NCBI GenBank assembly: GCA_026770705.1
Contig: JANJGN010000059.1
Location: 2,170,001 to 2,234,000 of the forward strand
Direction: 5' to 3'
Source of the DNA: Isurus oxyrinchus
Lineage: Eukaryota
DNA length: 64,000 nucleotides
The notes beneath the pieces were generated by a model. It saw only the letters and a list, made by a program, of their open reading frames with translations. It made no database searches and had not been told where the DNA came from. Shown piece after piece: positions 23,801 through 37,019 of this stretch. The position numbers and the translations under genes were made by a program. Within the stretch, counting starts at the first letter, position 1, and every line of letters starts with the position of its first letter.

Positions 23801-26200
23801 ATAGAGTCACAGAGTCATATAGTTATCCAGCACAGATACAGGCCCTTCAGCCCATAGTTTCCACGCAGGCGATCATGCACCTATCGGCTTTTATCCAATT
23901 TTCCAAAAAATTCTCCCTTAGTCCTGTTGCTATGGCTTTTCAAGCGCTCATCAAAATTCCTCTCAAATTTTGTGAGCGTTCCTGACTCAACCATCCCCTC
24001 GGGCTGTGTACCCCCGATTTCAACTGCCGCCTGGATGAAAATAAAGTCCTCAGATCCCCTCCTATGCTCCGTGCCCTAACATATAATCTGTGAAACATGT
24101 TTATTGATGCCTCCAATAAGGGGAATCATTTCTTCTTATTTACTCTATCTATTCCCCTCGTAATTTTGCATACCTGTATCAATTTCCCCATTATCCTTCT
24201 CATCTCTATAGAAAACAACCCTGGCCTATCTTCTGGCTTAATAGCTTAAGCGCTTCAGCCCAGCCCTATCCTCATGAATCTCCTCTCCACCCTCTCCAGT
24301 GCATTCACACCCTTCAAATAAGGTGGCGAAAAGGACTGCACTGGGTACTTGATCTGTGGCCTATCGAGCGTTTATGCACTCCAACATAACCTCCCTGCTC
24401 TTATATTCTTGGCCTTGGCAATTAAAGGCAAGTATCCCATGTTTCTTCTTACCCACCTGATCTACCTGTGCATGCTGCCTTCAGATGTCTTTGGACATGT
24501 ACAGCAATGTCCCTCTGATCCCCCATACTTCCTAAGATCTCTTCCTCTTCCCTTGACGTGTTGGATCTCCCAAAATGTATCACCTCTCACATCTGAGGAT
24601 TTAGTTCCAGTTGCCATTGCACTGCCCATCCCTGCAGCCCATCTGTTTCTTCGTGTAATATAAAGCGAAAGCAATACCCCCAATTTCCATGTCATCTGCG
24701 AATTTACTGATCATACTCCCTTTTCTCACACCTAAATCATTATTATACACTACACACAGCAAATGACACAGCACCAACCCCTGTGGTACACTACTCACCA
24801 CAGGCTTCCAATCTCAAAAACAATCTTCGATCATTACACTCTGCTTTCTGCCACTTAGCCAATTTTGGATCCAATTTGCCAAATTGCCCTGGGTGCCATA
24901 GGTTCTTAAATTCTTGACCATTCTCCCAAGCGGGACCGTGTCAGAAGGCATGTTGCATCAATTGCACTGCCCTTATCTTCACAATTAGTAAACTCCTCGA
25001 AAAAAATCAATAACATTTTTTTACTCATGATCTCTGCCTGCCAAAGGCATGCTGACCATCACTGATTAATCCCTGCCTCCCCAAATGGAGATTAACACTG
25101 TCCCTCAGATTTTTTTCCCAATCATTTCCTTTCCACTTATGTCAATCTCACTGGTCTGTACTCCTCTGCTTTACCCCTTCGACCCTAACTGAATAATGGT
25201 AGAACATTCTCTGTCCTCCTGTCCTCTGCCACACCTCCTTTGGCCAGAGACAATTTGAAAACTAGTCTCAGAGCTAAGCAATCTCCTCCCTTGTCTCACA
25301 GAGCAGTCTATGTTATATCTCATCTGGGCATAAGGATTTATCCACTTTGTAGCCAGCTTAAACCGATAATACCTTTCCCTGTCAATGTTTATTTGTTCAA
25401 GTATATAAGAGCCCCTTTTACTGATATCTAAACCAACATCGCCCTTCTCAATAGTGAGCACAGGTGAATGGTACTCATTTAAAACATTAACTGCGTCCTC
25501 CAGCTCCACACGCAGTTTGGCACATTGATCCCTAATGTGCCATAATTATTCCCTGGTTATCGTCTTGCCCCTAAAATATTTATATAATGCCTTTGGAGTT
25601 TCCTTTATCTTGTCCACAAGTTTGTTTTTCATGCAAACTCCTCACTCTCCGAATTACTTATTTAAGTAGCCTTCTACATTTTCACTGGATTCACAGTGTT
25701 CTCATTTTGAATTCAATTGTATATTTTGAAAGTGTCTTTCAGCTTCACAATTCCACATTGTATATATAAATGATGAAGGATGGTGATCCCAGCGCTGATC
25801 CTTGTGGAACACCAATTTCGACCTCACACCAACCTGAATAAATCCCTTTAACACCTCCTCTCTGTGTTCTACTATTGTAGTCAGCTTGCTGTCCATTCTG
25901 CTGCATGTCCCCTAAGTGCACTTGCCCTGCCAATAGCATTGATTCTTTTCTGTTTTAACATCCCAAAGGCCTTTAGAAAATCAAAGTGATTCACATCTAT
26001 CTTATCGTATCGACGATTTATAATGTTGTTTGTAAATAATTCAGTATAATTGGTCAATAGCGACATTGGTTTTGGAATATGTGCTGCGTTTGCATGTTCT
26101 GTGTATCTAGATTTTTTTGCCATTATTGATTCTTTTTATTCCTTCCATTGACGCTGTGCTGTCTGCTCTAGTGTTCTTTGGACTTGTTTTATTTTCTGAC
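23800..26200 (-). mobile_element. Decayed CR1 fragments
   Basis: Tail 'atagagtcacagagtcat' at ~23800; VSSVPQGLVL..MISKFADD (24601..24801); GVPQGSALG (25745..25939). Confidence 0.82.
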
Positions 26201-27354
26201 ATAAAAACTTAATATGAAAGCCGCCTTTCCGGTCTTTGATGATGTTCTCATTAGTATTAATGAACAAATAATAGTATCTCTGATGTTTATATTTATTTTC
26301 ATTTAGATGTTTGGATGAAATCCAGCTAATCCAAATGTTTTGCTTCATTTTTGAACAGCTTATCAAATGCATGCATTTAATACATTGGAGTTTTTGATTT
26401 GAATTTATTCACTAATATCTGACAGTTTAATTCATTTCCTCAGAGGTCTCTCTCCCTTCTTCAGGCTCTGAATTCTCATCCACTGGCTCACTCTGCTCCC
26501 ACTGTCCCACAACACGAGTGACATCCATCCTTCTGAGCTCTGGGCTGAGGTCCATCAGCACATTTCCAGTTTTGCCCATTCATTGCTCCAAACACCAGTA
26601 AACACGAACTGCCCTTAAACTAACAGTGGGAGGGATTCCGCCTGACAGACAGCATGAGACCATTTTCCGGCCTGTTTACACCCACCACCTCCTGGTAATC
26701 AGCGGACTCCGTTTGGAAATGAATTGTTTTGTTTAATCGAAGGCAGTTAGCTCATGTACCAAACATCAACATAATGCCAAACTGAATTAGTTGGATACCT
26801 TTCAAAAACTGTTGAATAGATTATTGTGATAAATGCCAATGACTTTACTTTCCTGAGGGTAAGTTACAACAGAACAGACTCACGACAAATCACTGGGATA
26901 TTGCAGTTAGAGGACAAGCAGCAGGGTGGTCACAAAGCTGGTTTCATTCAATATGGGTTCCTGATGGATCTCCTCTCTTCCTCCACTGGCTCCGGTCTGG
27001 GAATGAAAATCTTGAGAGATTCCTCACCCTGATTCCCGTACAGGGATCCTATTGGAAGGTAAAGGTGTGTGGGCTGGGGTGTGAACATTTGGATATTCCA
27101 TACTGAATGCAGCTCGTGGTGAGAGCATGGATGTGCACTTTGTTCCAATACTGTTTAGGTTGCTGAGTAGTTGAATGATTTTGTTGGTTCCATTCTGGCA
27201 TGTTGATGACATTTTCAGCCATTTCCTTCTTTTGCTTTGGTTTGGAAAATTTGATCAAAATTTCTTCTAATTTCCACTGTCCTTTCTCTTCGCAGGGTTT
27301 GTCTCTCATACTTCCCGTTGGTCCCTGAAATGCTCTATCTCTATTTCCAAGAAC

Positions 27355-27740
27355 AGGTTATCCAACAATATCTATTAAAATTGCGTGACTCCCACAGCTC
27401 ACTTGATTGTAATTCATCCCTCCCCACTCGCCAGAAAGAATCTGTTCCAATATCCCCCCAGTTTCCCCATCTTTTGCCTTTAGTCCATCTGTTCTGACGA
27501 TGCTCCATTCCACACCAGTGCTCCTGAAATTTCTCCGCTGTTCATCAGGCCAGATTCCCCTCCATTGTGCTTTACAGGACAGTCTGCCATGTCCATCTAA
27601 TTGTACATTTTACTGCTTTTACCCCCTTCTCCTTCAGGGAGGAACGATGGTAAGGTTATCGTTTTCTCACCTTCAACCCCAGCATCCTTGACATTCAACC
27701 CGTAAGGCTCCAAATCTCTGCCACATCCAGGTTAGCTCAC
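27355..27740 (+). mobile_element. Old Penelope RT fragment (duplicated at ~33130-33515)
   Basis: Diverged match to 3410-3790 ('gactcccacagct', 'catctgttctgacgatgct'). Confidence 0.72.
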
Positions 27741-28769
27741 CAACTCCCATCGCGTTCCAGCCCACATGCTGATACAGTTGTAGATTCCTGGGAATTTTAA
27801 ACTACAATGTTGGTCCAATTAATTGAGTTGGCAACATATTTCAAAGTGTCATCTCTCAGCACATTCTAAAAAATCAAGACTGGTAAATAATCTTTGGCAT
27901 TTTAACTATTTGATTAACTTTGAATCTTCCAATCATTACATAATTGAGTGTCAACTTATCTAATTCAGTTACCAATAGTCACTTCTCTAAACATTTTCAA
28001 ATATAAGGGCCAGTATGCTTAATGAGATTGCGTTCTGTCCATCTGGAAGAAATCTTCATTTTTAATTCAGCATTAAGTAAATATGGCATCTTAACAATCT
28101 CAGCTAACTACAGTGAATATAATGCAAAATGTCACAAAATAATGTCATTGCTGAAGATACAGGGCATTCTATTAAATTCTGCTGAATGAAAAATTGCTAC
28201 TTCACCCTGGTTAAAATATTCAGTCACATCCAACATCTGCTCCTCTTCAGCTTTTGGCGTAAGTACAAGACATGTTACCACTGAACATTTATCTCTCTCT
28301 GTTCCACTTTCCAAAATCAAAAACACACTTTGCAAGTGAAAAGTGAAATGCTTGAGTTTCTCGCAAGTCAGTCAATGTGTTCGCTGCTCACAATAGACTG
28401 TGGGAGAGAGATAGATGAATAGAGAGAGAGAGAGGGATGTGATGCGATCCCAGGCTATTGATATGTAACTGAGCATTATCTCATTCCCAGACGGCGATTT
28501 GGACCACGGGGACACGGTGGGTGAGAGAAACTGACAAAATCTGGTCCCTGTTTGATGTGTGGGGTGGTGGGGGGTTGGTGGTGCCTGGTTCTGATCTTGA
28601 TAGGAATGGTCTGATTCAGAGGGGAGACCGTGTGTGTGTTTGTGAGGGGTGGGGGGGTGAAGGAGTGGGGGTGGAGGTCTGATCCAGAACGGGGTATGAT
28701 CATGAGGGAGATCTAACACTGTGGGCTGTGGTGCTTTCCTCCTTAGCGCTGTCTGACCCTTTGGGAACT

Positions 28770-29853
28770 GAAGGTGAAGGAATCCTTAGGAGGAAGTGAC
28801 CAGAATATGATAGAATTTTCCGTGCAATTTGAGAGGAAAAAGCTCGAATCAGATGTAACGATACTACAGTTGAATAAAGGCATCTACAGAGGCATGAGGG
28901 AGGAGCTGGCCAGAATTGACTGGGAGATCAGCATAGCAGGAAAGACAGTGAAACAGCAATGGCAGGAGCTTCTCGGAGTGATTTTGGAGACACAGCAAAA
29001 ATTCATCCCTAGGAACAAGAAGCATACTAAAGGGAGGATGAGGCAACCATGGCTGACAAGAGAAGTCGGGGACAGCATAAAAGCTAAAGGAAAAGCATAC
29101 AATGCGGCGAAGAGCAGTTGGAAACCAGGAGATTGGGAAGTCTACAAAGACAAACAGAGGACAACTAAAAAAGAAATAAGGAGGGAGTAAATTAAATATG
29201 AGGGTAAACTAGCCAGTAACATAAAAGAAGATTGCAAGAGATTTTTTAGTTATACGAAGGGTAAGAGAGAGGCAAAAGTGGACATTAAGCTACTGGAAAA
29301 TGACGCTGGAGAAGTAGTAGTGGGGAACAAAGGAATGGTGGAGGAACTGAATTGGTACATTGCATCAGTCTTCACGGTGGAAGAAGCGATTATCATCCCC
29401 AAAGTTCAAGAGAGTCGGGGGACAGAGGTGAGTATTGTGGTCAGTACCAAGGAGAAGGTGCTAGGAAAACTGCAAGGTCTGAAGGTGGATAAATCACCTG
29501 GACCAGATGGATTACACCCCAGAGTTCCAAAGGAGATAGCTGAAGAGATAGTGGAGGCGTTAGTGGTGATCTTTCCGGAATTACTGGAGTTAGGGAGGGT
29601 CCAAGAAACTGGAAAATCGCTAATGTAACCCCCCCCCCCACCCCGTGTAAGAAGGCAGTGAGACAAAAGGTGGGAAATTACAGGCCATTTAGCCTGACCT
29701 CAGTCGTTGGTAAGAGTTTAGAGTCCATTATTAAGGATGAGATTTCAGAATACTTGGAAGTGCTTGGTAAAATAGGGCAAAGTCAGAATGGTGTCATCAA
29801 GGGGAGTTCATGCTTGACAAATCTGTTAGAATTCTTTGAGGAGGTAACGAGTA
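28770..29853 (+). mobile_element. CR1 ORF2 internal fragment (duplicated at ~34531-35604)
   Basis: ESLGGSDQNMIEF, QPWLTREV, KSPGPDGLHPRV, GNYRPFSLTSVVGK, SCLTNLLEFFEEVT. Confidence 0.92.
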
Positions 29854-30032
29854 AATATTGCGGTTACAATTGCTGCATTCCAGTCTACAATTTTAATTTC
29901 TAACACCACCGCCCCCATCCTCCATCTCTCCTCGCACCCTTTATCGGCCCTGAAACCCTGTGCTTGTTGCCTGGATCAGGCACGGAAAAGGTCAAAACAT
30001 TAATATCCTGGATCTTCTCCTTTCTCTGACAG

Positions 30033-30985
30033 TTAATTTACTGGGAATTGTGATCCTGTGCCGTGGAAAGTGTGGACTCTCTACCTGCACCACTCGTTAC
30101 ATGGTGGCCATGGCGACGGCGGATCTCCTGGTCATTATCGCAGACCCCATACTGAACCAAATCAGTAGTTATTATTTCCCAGTGACTTTCCTGGACATCA
30201 CCCATGTGTGTCGTATACGCGCTGTCCTGCTGCTTGCAGCCACGGACTGTTCCGTCTGGTTCACCGTCAATTTCTCCTTTGATCGATTTGTGGCCATTAG
30301 TTGCCAGAAGCTGAAAAGAGAATATTGCACCGGGAAAACAGCGGCTGTGGTTCTAGCGACAACCGGTATCCTGCTCTGTTTAAAGAACGTCCCCTGGTAC
30401 TTTTCATTTGAAGCTGCAGAGATAATCGACAATATTCCGCGTTTCTGTCAGACAAAGCCAAGCATTTATACTGCTCCCGGATGGGTTGCATTTTCCTGGT
30501 TTGAGAAGGTTTTAACCCCATTGCTCCCATTCGGTTTAATTCTGCTGATCAACGCTCTGACAGTCAGACACATTTTAGTGACCAGTCGAGTCCGGAAGGG
30601 ACTGAGGGCTCAGAGTAAGGGAGAGAATCGCAGTGACCCAGAGATGGAGAGCAGGAGGAAGTCTATGATTTTACTCTTCACCATATCCGGCACCTTCATC
30701 CTCCTATGGTCGGTGTTAGTTATAAAATTCTTCTATTTGGATGTGAGAGGATTACTTTACCTCACCGTTTCTGAATATATATTACAGCAAGTCGGATTTA
30801 TGCTGCGGAGTTTAAGTTGCTGCACAAATACATTTATTTATGGGGTCACTCAGTCCAAGTTCAGAGAGCAGATCAAGAATGTGGTAATATACCCGGTTAC
30901 ATTAATGATTCAATTAATGAAGAAAATGACTGACAGCTGCCCCAGCCAATCACATATCTCCTCCCACAGGCGGACAGTTGCGTAA
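30033..30985 (+). CDS. GPR139/GPR142-like GPCR gene A, exon 2A (intact; spliced product 339 aa)
   Basis: Polypyrimidine tract + 'ctgacAG' acceptor at 30031-30032; class A motifs ATADLL (TM2), C3.25, SFDRFVAI, LLPF (TM5), NTFIY (TM7), KFR helix 8. Confidence 0.92.
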
Positions 30986-31153
30986 ACCAAAAAGGGAGCT
31001 CCGCATGATGACTGACACCAGCCTCAGCCAATCCGAGAGATCCACCCCTTACTGACAGCTGGCTTTACCAATCAGTGGATCAGTCCCATGACTGACACAC
31101 ACGTCAGCCAATGGGGCAGCTTCAGCTTTTCACCCACAGCAGCCTCAGACATT
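30927..31153 (+). promoter_or_regulatory. ~41-bp-period TGAnTGACAG-N9-CCAAT array after exon 2A (6 units, cut by the duplication junction)
   Basis: Units at ~30927, 30968, 31009, 31049, 31089, 31130. The repeat is seen directly; regulatory function is inferred. Confidence 0.6.
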
Positions 31154-31155
31154 CG

Positions 31156-31297
31156 AGATAAAAACAAAGAAAACTGCGGATGCTGGAAATCCAAAACAAA
31201 AACAGAATTACCTGGAAAAACTCAGCAGGTCTGGCAGCATCAGCGGAGAAGAAAAGAGTTGACGTTTCGAGTCCTCATGACCCTTCGACAGAACTTC
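31156..31297 (-). mobile_element. Penelope pLTR-derived element at the duplication junction
   Basis: Reverse complement of 4711-4852, including an intact hammerhead-like motif at 31257-31295. Confidence 0.93.
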
Positions 31298-31298
31298 G

Positions 31299-34200
31299 AC
31301 ATTGATCCCTAATGTGCCATAATTATTCCCTGGTTATCGTCTTGCCCCTAAAATATTTATATAATGTCTTTGGAGTTTCCTTTATCTTGTCCACAAGTTT
31401 GTTTTTCATGCAAACTCCTCACTCTCCGAATTACTTATTTAAGTAGCCTCCTACATTTCCACTGGATTCACAGTGTTCTCATTTTGAATTCAATTGTATA
31501 TTTTGAAAGTGTCTTTCAGCTTCACAATTCCACATTGTATATATAAATGATGAAGGACGGTGATCCCAGCGCTGATCCTTGTGGAACACCAATTTCGACC
31601 TCACACCAACCTGAATAAATCCCTTTAACACCTCCTCTCTGTGTTCTACTATTGTTGCCAGCTTGCTGTCCATTCTGCTGCATGTCTCCTAAGTGCACTT
31701 GCCCTGCCAATAGCGTTGATTCTTTTCTGTTTTAACATCCCAAAGGCCTTTTAAAATCAAAGTGATTCACATCTATCTTATCGTATCGACGAGTTATAAT
31801 GTTGTTTGTAAATAATTCAGTATAATTGGTCAATAATGACATTGGTTTTGGAATATGTGCTGCGTTTGTATGTTCTGTGTATCTAGATTTTTTTGCCATT
31901 ATTGATTCTTTTTATTCCTTCCATTGACACTGTGCTGTCTGCTCTAGTGTTCTTTGGACTTGTTTTATTTTCTGACATAAAAACTTAATATGAAAGCCGC
32001 CTTTCCGGTCTTTGATGATGTTCTCATTAGTATTAATGAACAAATAATAGTATCTCTGATGTTTATATTTATTTTCATTTAGATGTTTGGATGAAATCCA
32101 GCTAATCCAAATGTTTTGCTTCATTTTTGAACAGCTTATCAAATGCATGCATTTAATACATTGGAGTTTTTGATTTGAATTTATTGACTAATATCTGGCA
32201 GTTTAATTCACTTCCTCAGAGGTCTCTCTCCCTTCTTCAGGCTCTGAATTCTCATCCACTGGCTCACTCTGCTCCCACTGTCCCACAACACGAGTGACAT
32301 CCATCCTTCTGAGCTCTGGGCTGTGGTCCATCAGCACATTTCCAGTTTTGCCCATTCATTGCTCCAAACACCAGTAAACCCGAACTGCCCTTAAACTAAC
32401 AGTGGGAGGGATTCCGCCTGACAGACAGCATGAGACCATTTTCCGGCCTGTTTACACCCACCACCTCCTGGTAATCAGCGGACTCCGTTTGGAAATGAAT
32501 TGTTTTGTTTAATCGAAGGTAGTTAGCTCATGTACCAAACATCAACATAATGCCAAACTGAATTAGTTGGATACCTTTCAAAAATTGTTGAATAGATTAT
32601 TGTGATAAATGCCAATGACTTTACTTTCCTGAGGGTAAGTTACAACAGAACAGACTCACGACAAATCACTGGGATATTGCAGTTAGAGGACAAGCAGCAG
32701 GGTGGCCAGAAAGCTGGTTTCATTCAATATGGGTTCCTGATGGATCTCCTCTCTTCCTCCACTGGCTCCGGTCTGGGAATGAAAATCTTGAGAGATTCCT
32801 CACCCTGATTCCCGTACAGGGATCCTATTGGAAGGTAAAGGCGTGTGGGCTGGGGTGTGAACGTTTGGATATTGCATACTGAATGCAGCCCGTGGTGAGA
32901 GCATGGATGTGTGTTTTGTTCCAATACTGTTTAGGTTGCTGAGTATTTGAATGATTTTGTTGGTTCCATTCTGGCATGTTGATGACATTTTCAGCCATTT
33001 CCTTCTTTTGCTTTGGTTTGGAAAATTTGATCAAAATTTCTTCTAATTTCCACTGTCCTTTCTCTTCGCAGTGTTTGTCTCTCATACTTCCCGTCAGTCC
33101 CTGAAATGCTCTATCTCTATTTCTGAGAACCGGTTAGCCAACAATATCTATTAAAATTGCATGACTCCCACAGCTCACTTGATTGTAATTCATCCCTCCC
33201 CACTCGCCGGAAAGAATCTGTTCCAATATCCCCCCAGTTTCCCCATCTTTTGCCTTTAGTCCATCTGTTCTGACGATGCTCCATTCCACACCAGTGCTCC
33301 TGAAATTTCTCTGCTATTCATCAGGCCAGATTCCCCTCCATTGTGCTTTACAGGACAGTCTGCCATGTCCATCTAATTGTACATTTTACTGCTTTTACCC
33401 CCTCCTCCTTCAGAGAGGAACAATGGTAAGGTTATCGTTTTCTCACCTTCGACCCCAGCATCCTTGACATTCAACCCGTAAGGCTCCAAATCTCTGCCAC
33501 ATCCAGGTTAGCTCACCAACTCCCATCGCATTCCAGCCCACATGCTGATACAGTTGTAGATTCCTGGGAATTTTAAACTACAATTAATTGAGTTGGCAAC
33601 ATATTTCAAAGTGTCATCTCTCAGCACATTCTAAAAAATCAAGACTGGTAAATAATCTTTGGCATTTTAACTACTTGATTAACTTTGAATCTTCCAATCA
33701 TTACATAATTGAGTGTCAACTTATCTAATTCAGTTACCGATAGTCACTTCTCTAAACATTTTCAAATATAAGGGCCAGTATGCTTAATGAGATTGCGTTC
33801 TGTCCATCTGGAAGAAATCTTCATTTTTAATTCAGCATTAGGTAAATATGGCATCTTAACAATCTCAGCTAACTACAGTGAATATAATACAAAATGTCAC
33901 AAAATAATGTCATTGCTGAAGATACAGGGCATTCTATTAAATTCTGCTGAATGAAAAATTGCTACTTCATCCTGGTTAAAGTATTCAGTCACATCCAACA
34001 TCTGCTCCTCTTCAGCTTTTGGCGTAAGTACAAGACATGTTACCACTGAACATTTATCTCTCTCTGTTCCACTTTCCAAAATCAAAAACACACTTTGCAA
34101 GTGAAAAGTGAAATGCTTGAGTTTCTCGCAAGTCAGTCAATGTGTTCGCTGCTCACAATAGACTGTGGGAGAGAGAGATGAATAGAGAGAGAGAGGGATG

Positions 34201-37019
34201 TGATGCGATCCCAGGCTATTGATATGTAACTGAGTATTATCTCATTCCCAGACGGCGATTTGGACCACGGGGACACGGTGGGTGAGAGGAACTGACAAAA
34301 TCTGGTCCCCGTTTGATGTGTGGGGTGGTGGGGGGTTGGTGGTGCCTGGTTCTGATCTTGATAGGAATGGTCTGATTCAGAGGGGAGACTGTGTGTGTGT
34401 TTGTGAGGGGTGGGGGGGTGAAGGAGTGGGGGTGGAGGTCTGATCCAGAACGGGGTATGATCATGAGGGAGATCTAACACTGTGGGCTGTGGTGCTTTCC
34501 TCCTTAGCGCTGTCTGACCCTTTGGGAACTGAAGGTGAAGGAATCCTTAGGAGGAAGTGACCAGAATATGATAGAATTTTCCGTGCAATTTGAGAGGAAA
34601 AAGCTTGAATCAGATGTAACGATACTACAGTTGAATAAAGACAACTACAGAGGCATGAGGGAGGAGCTGGCCAGAATTGACTGGGAGATCAGCATAGCAG
34701 GAAAGACAGTGAAACAGCAATGGCAGGAGCTTCTCGGAGTGATTTTGGAGACACAGCAAAAATTCATCCCTAGGAACAAGAAGCATACTAAAGGGAGGAT
34801 GAGGCAACCATGGCTGACAAGAGAAGTCGGGGACATAAAAGCTAAAGGAAAAGCATACAATGCGGCAAAGAGCAGTTGGAAACCAGCAGATTGGGAAGTC
34901 TACAAAGACAAACAGAGGACAACTAAAAAAGAAATAAGGAGGGAGTAAATTAAATATGAGGGTAAACTAGCCAGTAACATAAAAGAAGATTGCAAGAGAT
35001 TTTTTAGTTATACGAAGGGTAAGAGAGAGGCAAAAGTGGACATTAAGCTACTGGAAAATGACGCTGGAGAAGTAGTAGTGGGGAACAAAGGAATGGTGGA
35101 GGAACTGAATTGGTACATTGCATCAGTCTTCACGGTGGAAGAAGCGATTATCAAGTTCAAGAGAGTCAGGGGGCAGAGATGAGTATGGTGGTCAGTACCA
35201 AGGAGAAGGTGCTAGGAAAACTGCAAGGTCTGAAGTTGGATAAATCACCTGGACCAGATGGATTACACCCCAGAGTTCCAAAGGAGATAGCTGAAGAGAT
35301 AGTGGAGGCGTTAGTGGTGATCTTTCCGGAATTACTGGAGTTAGGGAGGGTCCAAGAAACTGGAAAATCGCTAATGTAACCCCCCCCCCACCCCGTTTAA
35401 GAAGGCAGTGAGACAAAAGGTGGGAAATTACAGGCTAATTAGCCTGACCTCAGTCGTTGGTAAGAGTTTAGAGTCCATTATTAAGGATGAGATTTCAGAA
35501 TACTTGGAAGTGCTTGGTAAAATAGGGCAAAGTCAGAATGGTGTCATCAAGGGGAGTTCATGCTTGACAAATCTGTTAGAATTCTTTGAGGAGGTAACGA
35601 GTAAATGTTGCGGTTACAATTGCTGCATTCCAGCCTACAATTTTAATTTCTAACACCACCGCCCCCGTCCTCCATCTCTCCTCGCACCCTTTATCGGCCC
35701 TGAAACCCTGTGCTTGCTGCCTGGATCAGGCACGGAAAAGGTCAAAACATTAATATCCAGGATCTTCTCCTCTCTCTCTGGCAGTTAATTTACTGGGAAT
35801 TGTGATCCTGTGCCGTGGAAAGTGTGGACTCTCTACCTGCACCACTCGCTACATGGTGGCCATGGCGACGGCGGATCTCCTGGTCGTTATCGCAGACCCC
35901 ATACTGAACCAAATCATTACTTATTATTTCCCAGTGACTTTCCTGGACATCACCCATGTGTGTCGTATACGCGCTGTCCTGCTGCTTGCAGCCACGGACT
36001 GTTCCGTCTGGTTCACCGTCAATTTCTCCTTTGACCGATTTGTGGCCATTAGTTGCCAGAAGCTGAAAAGAGAATATTGCACCGGGAAAACAGCGGCTGT
36101 GGTTCTAGCGACAACCGGTATCCTGCTCTGTTTAAAGAACGTCCCCTGGTACTTCTCATTTGAAGCTACAGAGATAATCGACTATATTCCGCGTTTCTGT
36201 CAGACAAAGCCAAGCATTTATACTGCTCCCGGATGGGTTGGATTTTCCTGGTTTGAGAAGGTTTTCACCCCATTGCTCCCATTCGGTTTAATTCTGCTGA
36301 TCAACGCTCTGACAGTCAGACACATTTTAGTGACCAGTCGAGTCCGGAAGGGACTGAGGGCTCAGAGTAAGGGAGAGAATCGCAGTGACCCAGAGATGGA
36401 GAGCCGGAGGAAGTCTATGATTTTACTCTTCACCATATCCGGCACCTTCATCCTCCTATGGTCGGTGTTTGTTATAAAATTCTTCTATTTGGATGTGAGA
36501 GGATTACTTTACCTCACCGTTTCTGAATATATATTACAAGCAAGTCGGATTTATGCTGCGGAGTTTAAGTTGCTGCACAAATACATTTATTTATGGGGTC
36601 ACTCAGTCCAAGTTCAGAGAGCAGATCAAGAATGTGGTAATATACCCGGTTACGTTAATGATTCAATTAATGAAGAAAATGACTGACAGCTGCCCCAGCC
36701 AATCACATATCTCCTCCCGCTGGCGGACAGTTGCGTAAACCAAAAAGGGAGCTCCGCATGATGACTGACACCATCCTCAGCCAATCCGAGAGATCTACCC
36801 CTTACTGACAGTTGGCTTTACCAATCAGCGGATCAGCCCCATGACTGACACACACGTCAGCCAATGGGGCAGCTTCAGCTTTTCACCCACAGCAGCCTCA
36901 GACATTCGAGATAAAAACAAAGAAAACTGCGGATGCTGGAAATCCAAAACAAAAACAGAATTACCTGGAAAAACTCAGCAGGTCTGGCAGCGTCGGCGGA
37001 GAAGAAAAGAGTTGACGTT
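31299..37019 (+). repeat. Tandem segmental duplication, unit 2
   Basis: Collinear with 25522-31266, with scattered substitutions and small indels. Confidence 0.96.
35785..36738 (+). pseudogene. Duplicated GPCR exon 2B, frameshifted at the start of TM7
   Basis: Acceptor 'ctggcAG' at 35783-35784; extra A at ~36539 (ttacaagcaagtc vs ttacagcaagtc) moves NTFIY/helix 8 to another frame (ORF 36553..36738); premature stop at 36686. Confidence 0.85.

Larger units (their letters stand above)
25522..31298 (+). repeat. Tandem segmental duplication, unit 1 (~5.78 kb)
   Basis: 'acattgatccctaatgtgcc' at 25522 and 31299; ORF track duplicated with a ~5.76-5.78 kb offset. Confidence 0.96.

Noticed and set aside
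29960-30032. N-terminus MLVAWIRHGKG... of the 341-aa ORF as a single-exon GPCR
   Set aside because: Non-ATG start, includes the polypyrimidine tract and acceptor, is disrupted in copy B, and a proper exon 1 exists at 17290.
30033-30985. Assigning the gene symbol GPR139
   Set aside because: Multi-copy and divergent (DRF, NTFIY); orthology cannot be shown without a phylogeny.
25522-37019. Dismissing the duplication as a pure haplotype mis-assembly
   Set aside because: The gap-free junction has a distinct PLE structure and microhomology, which favours a real event. Not excluded without read data.
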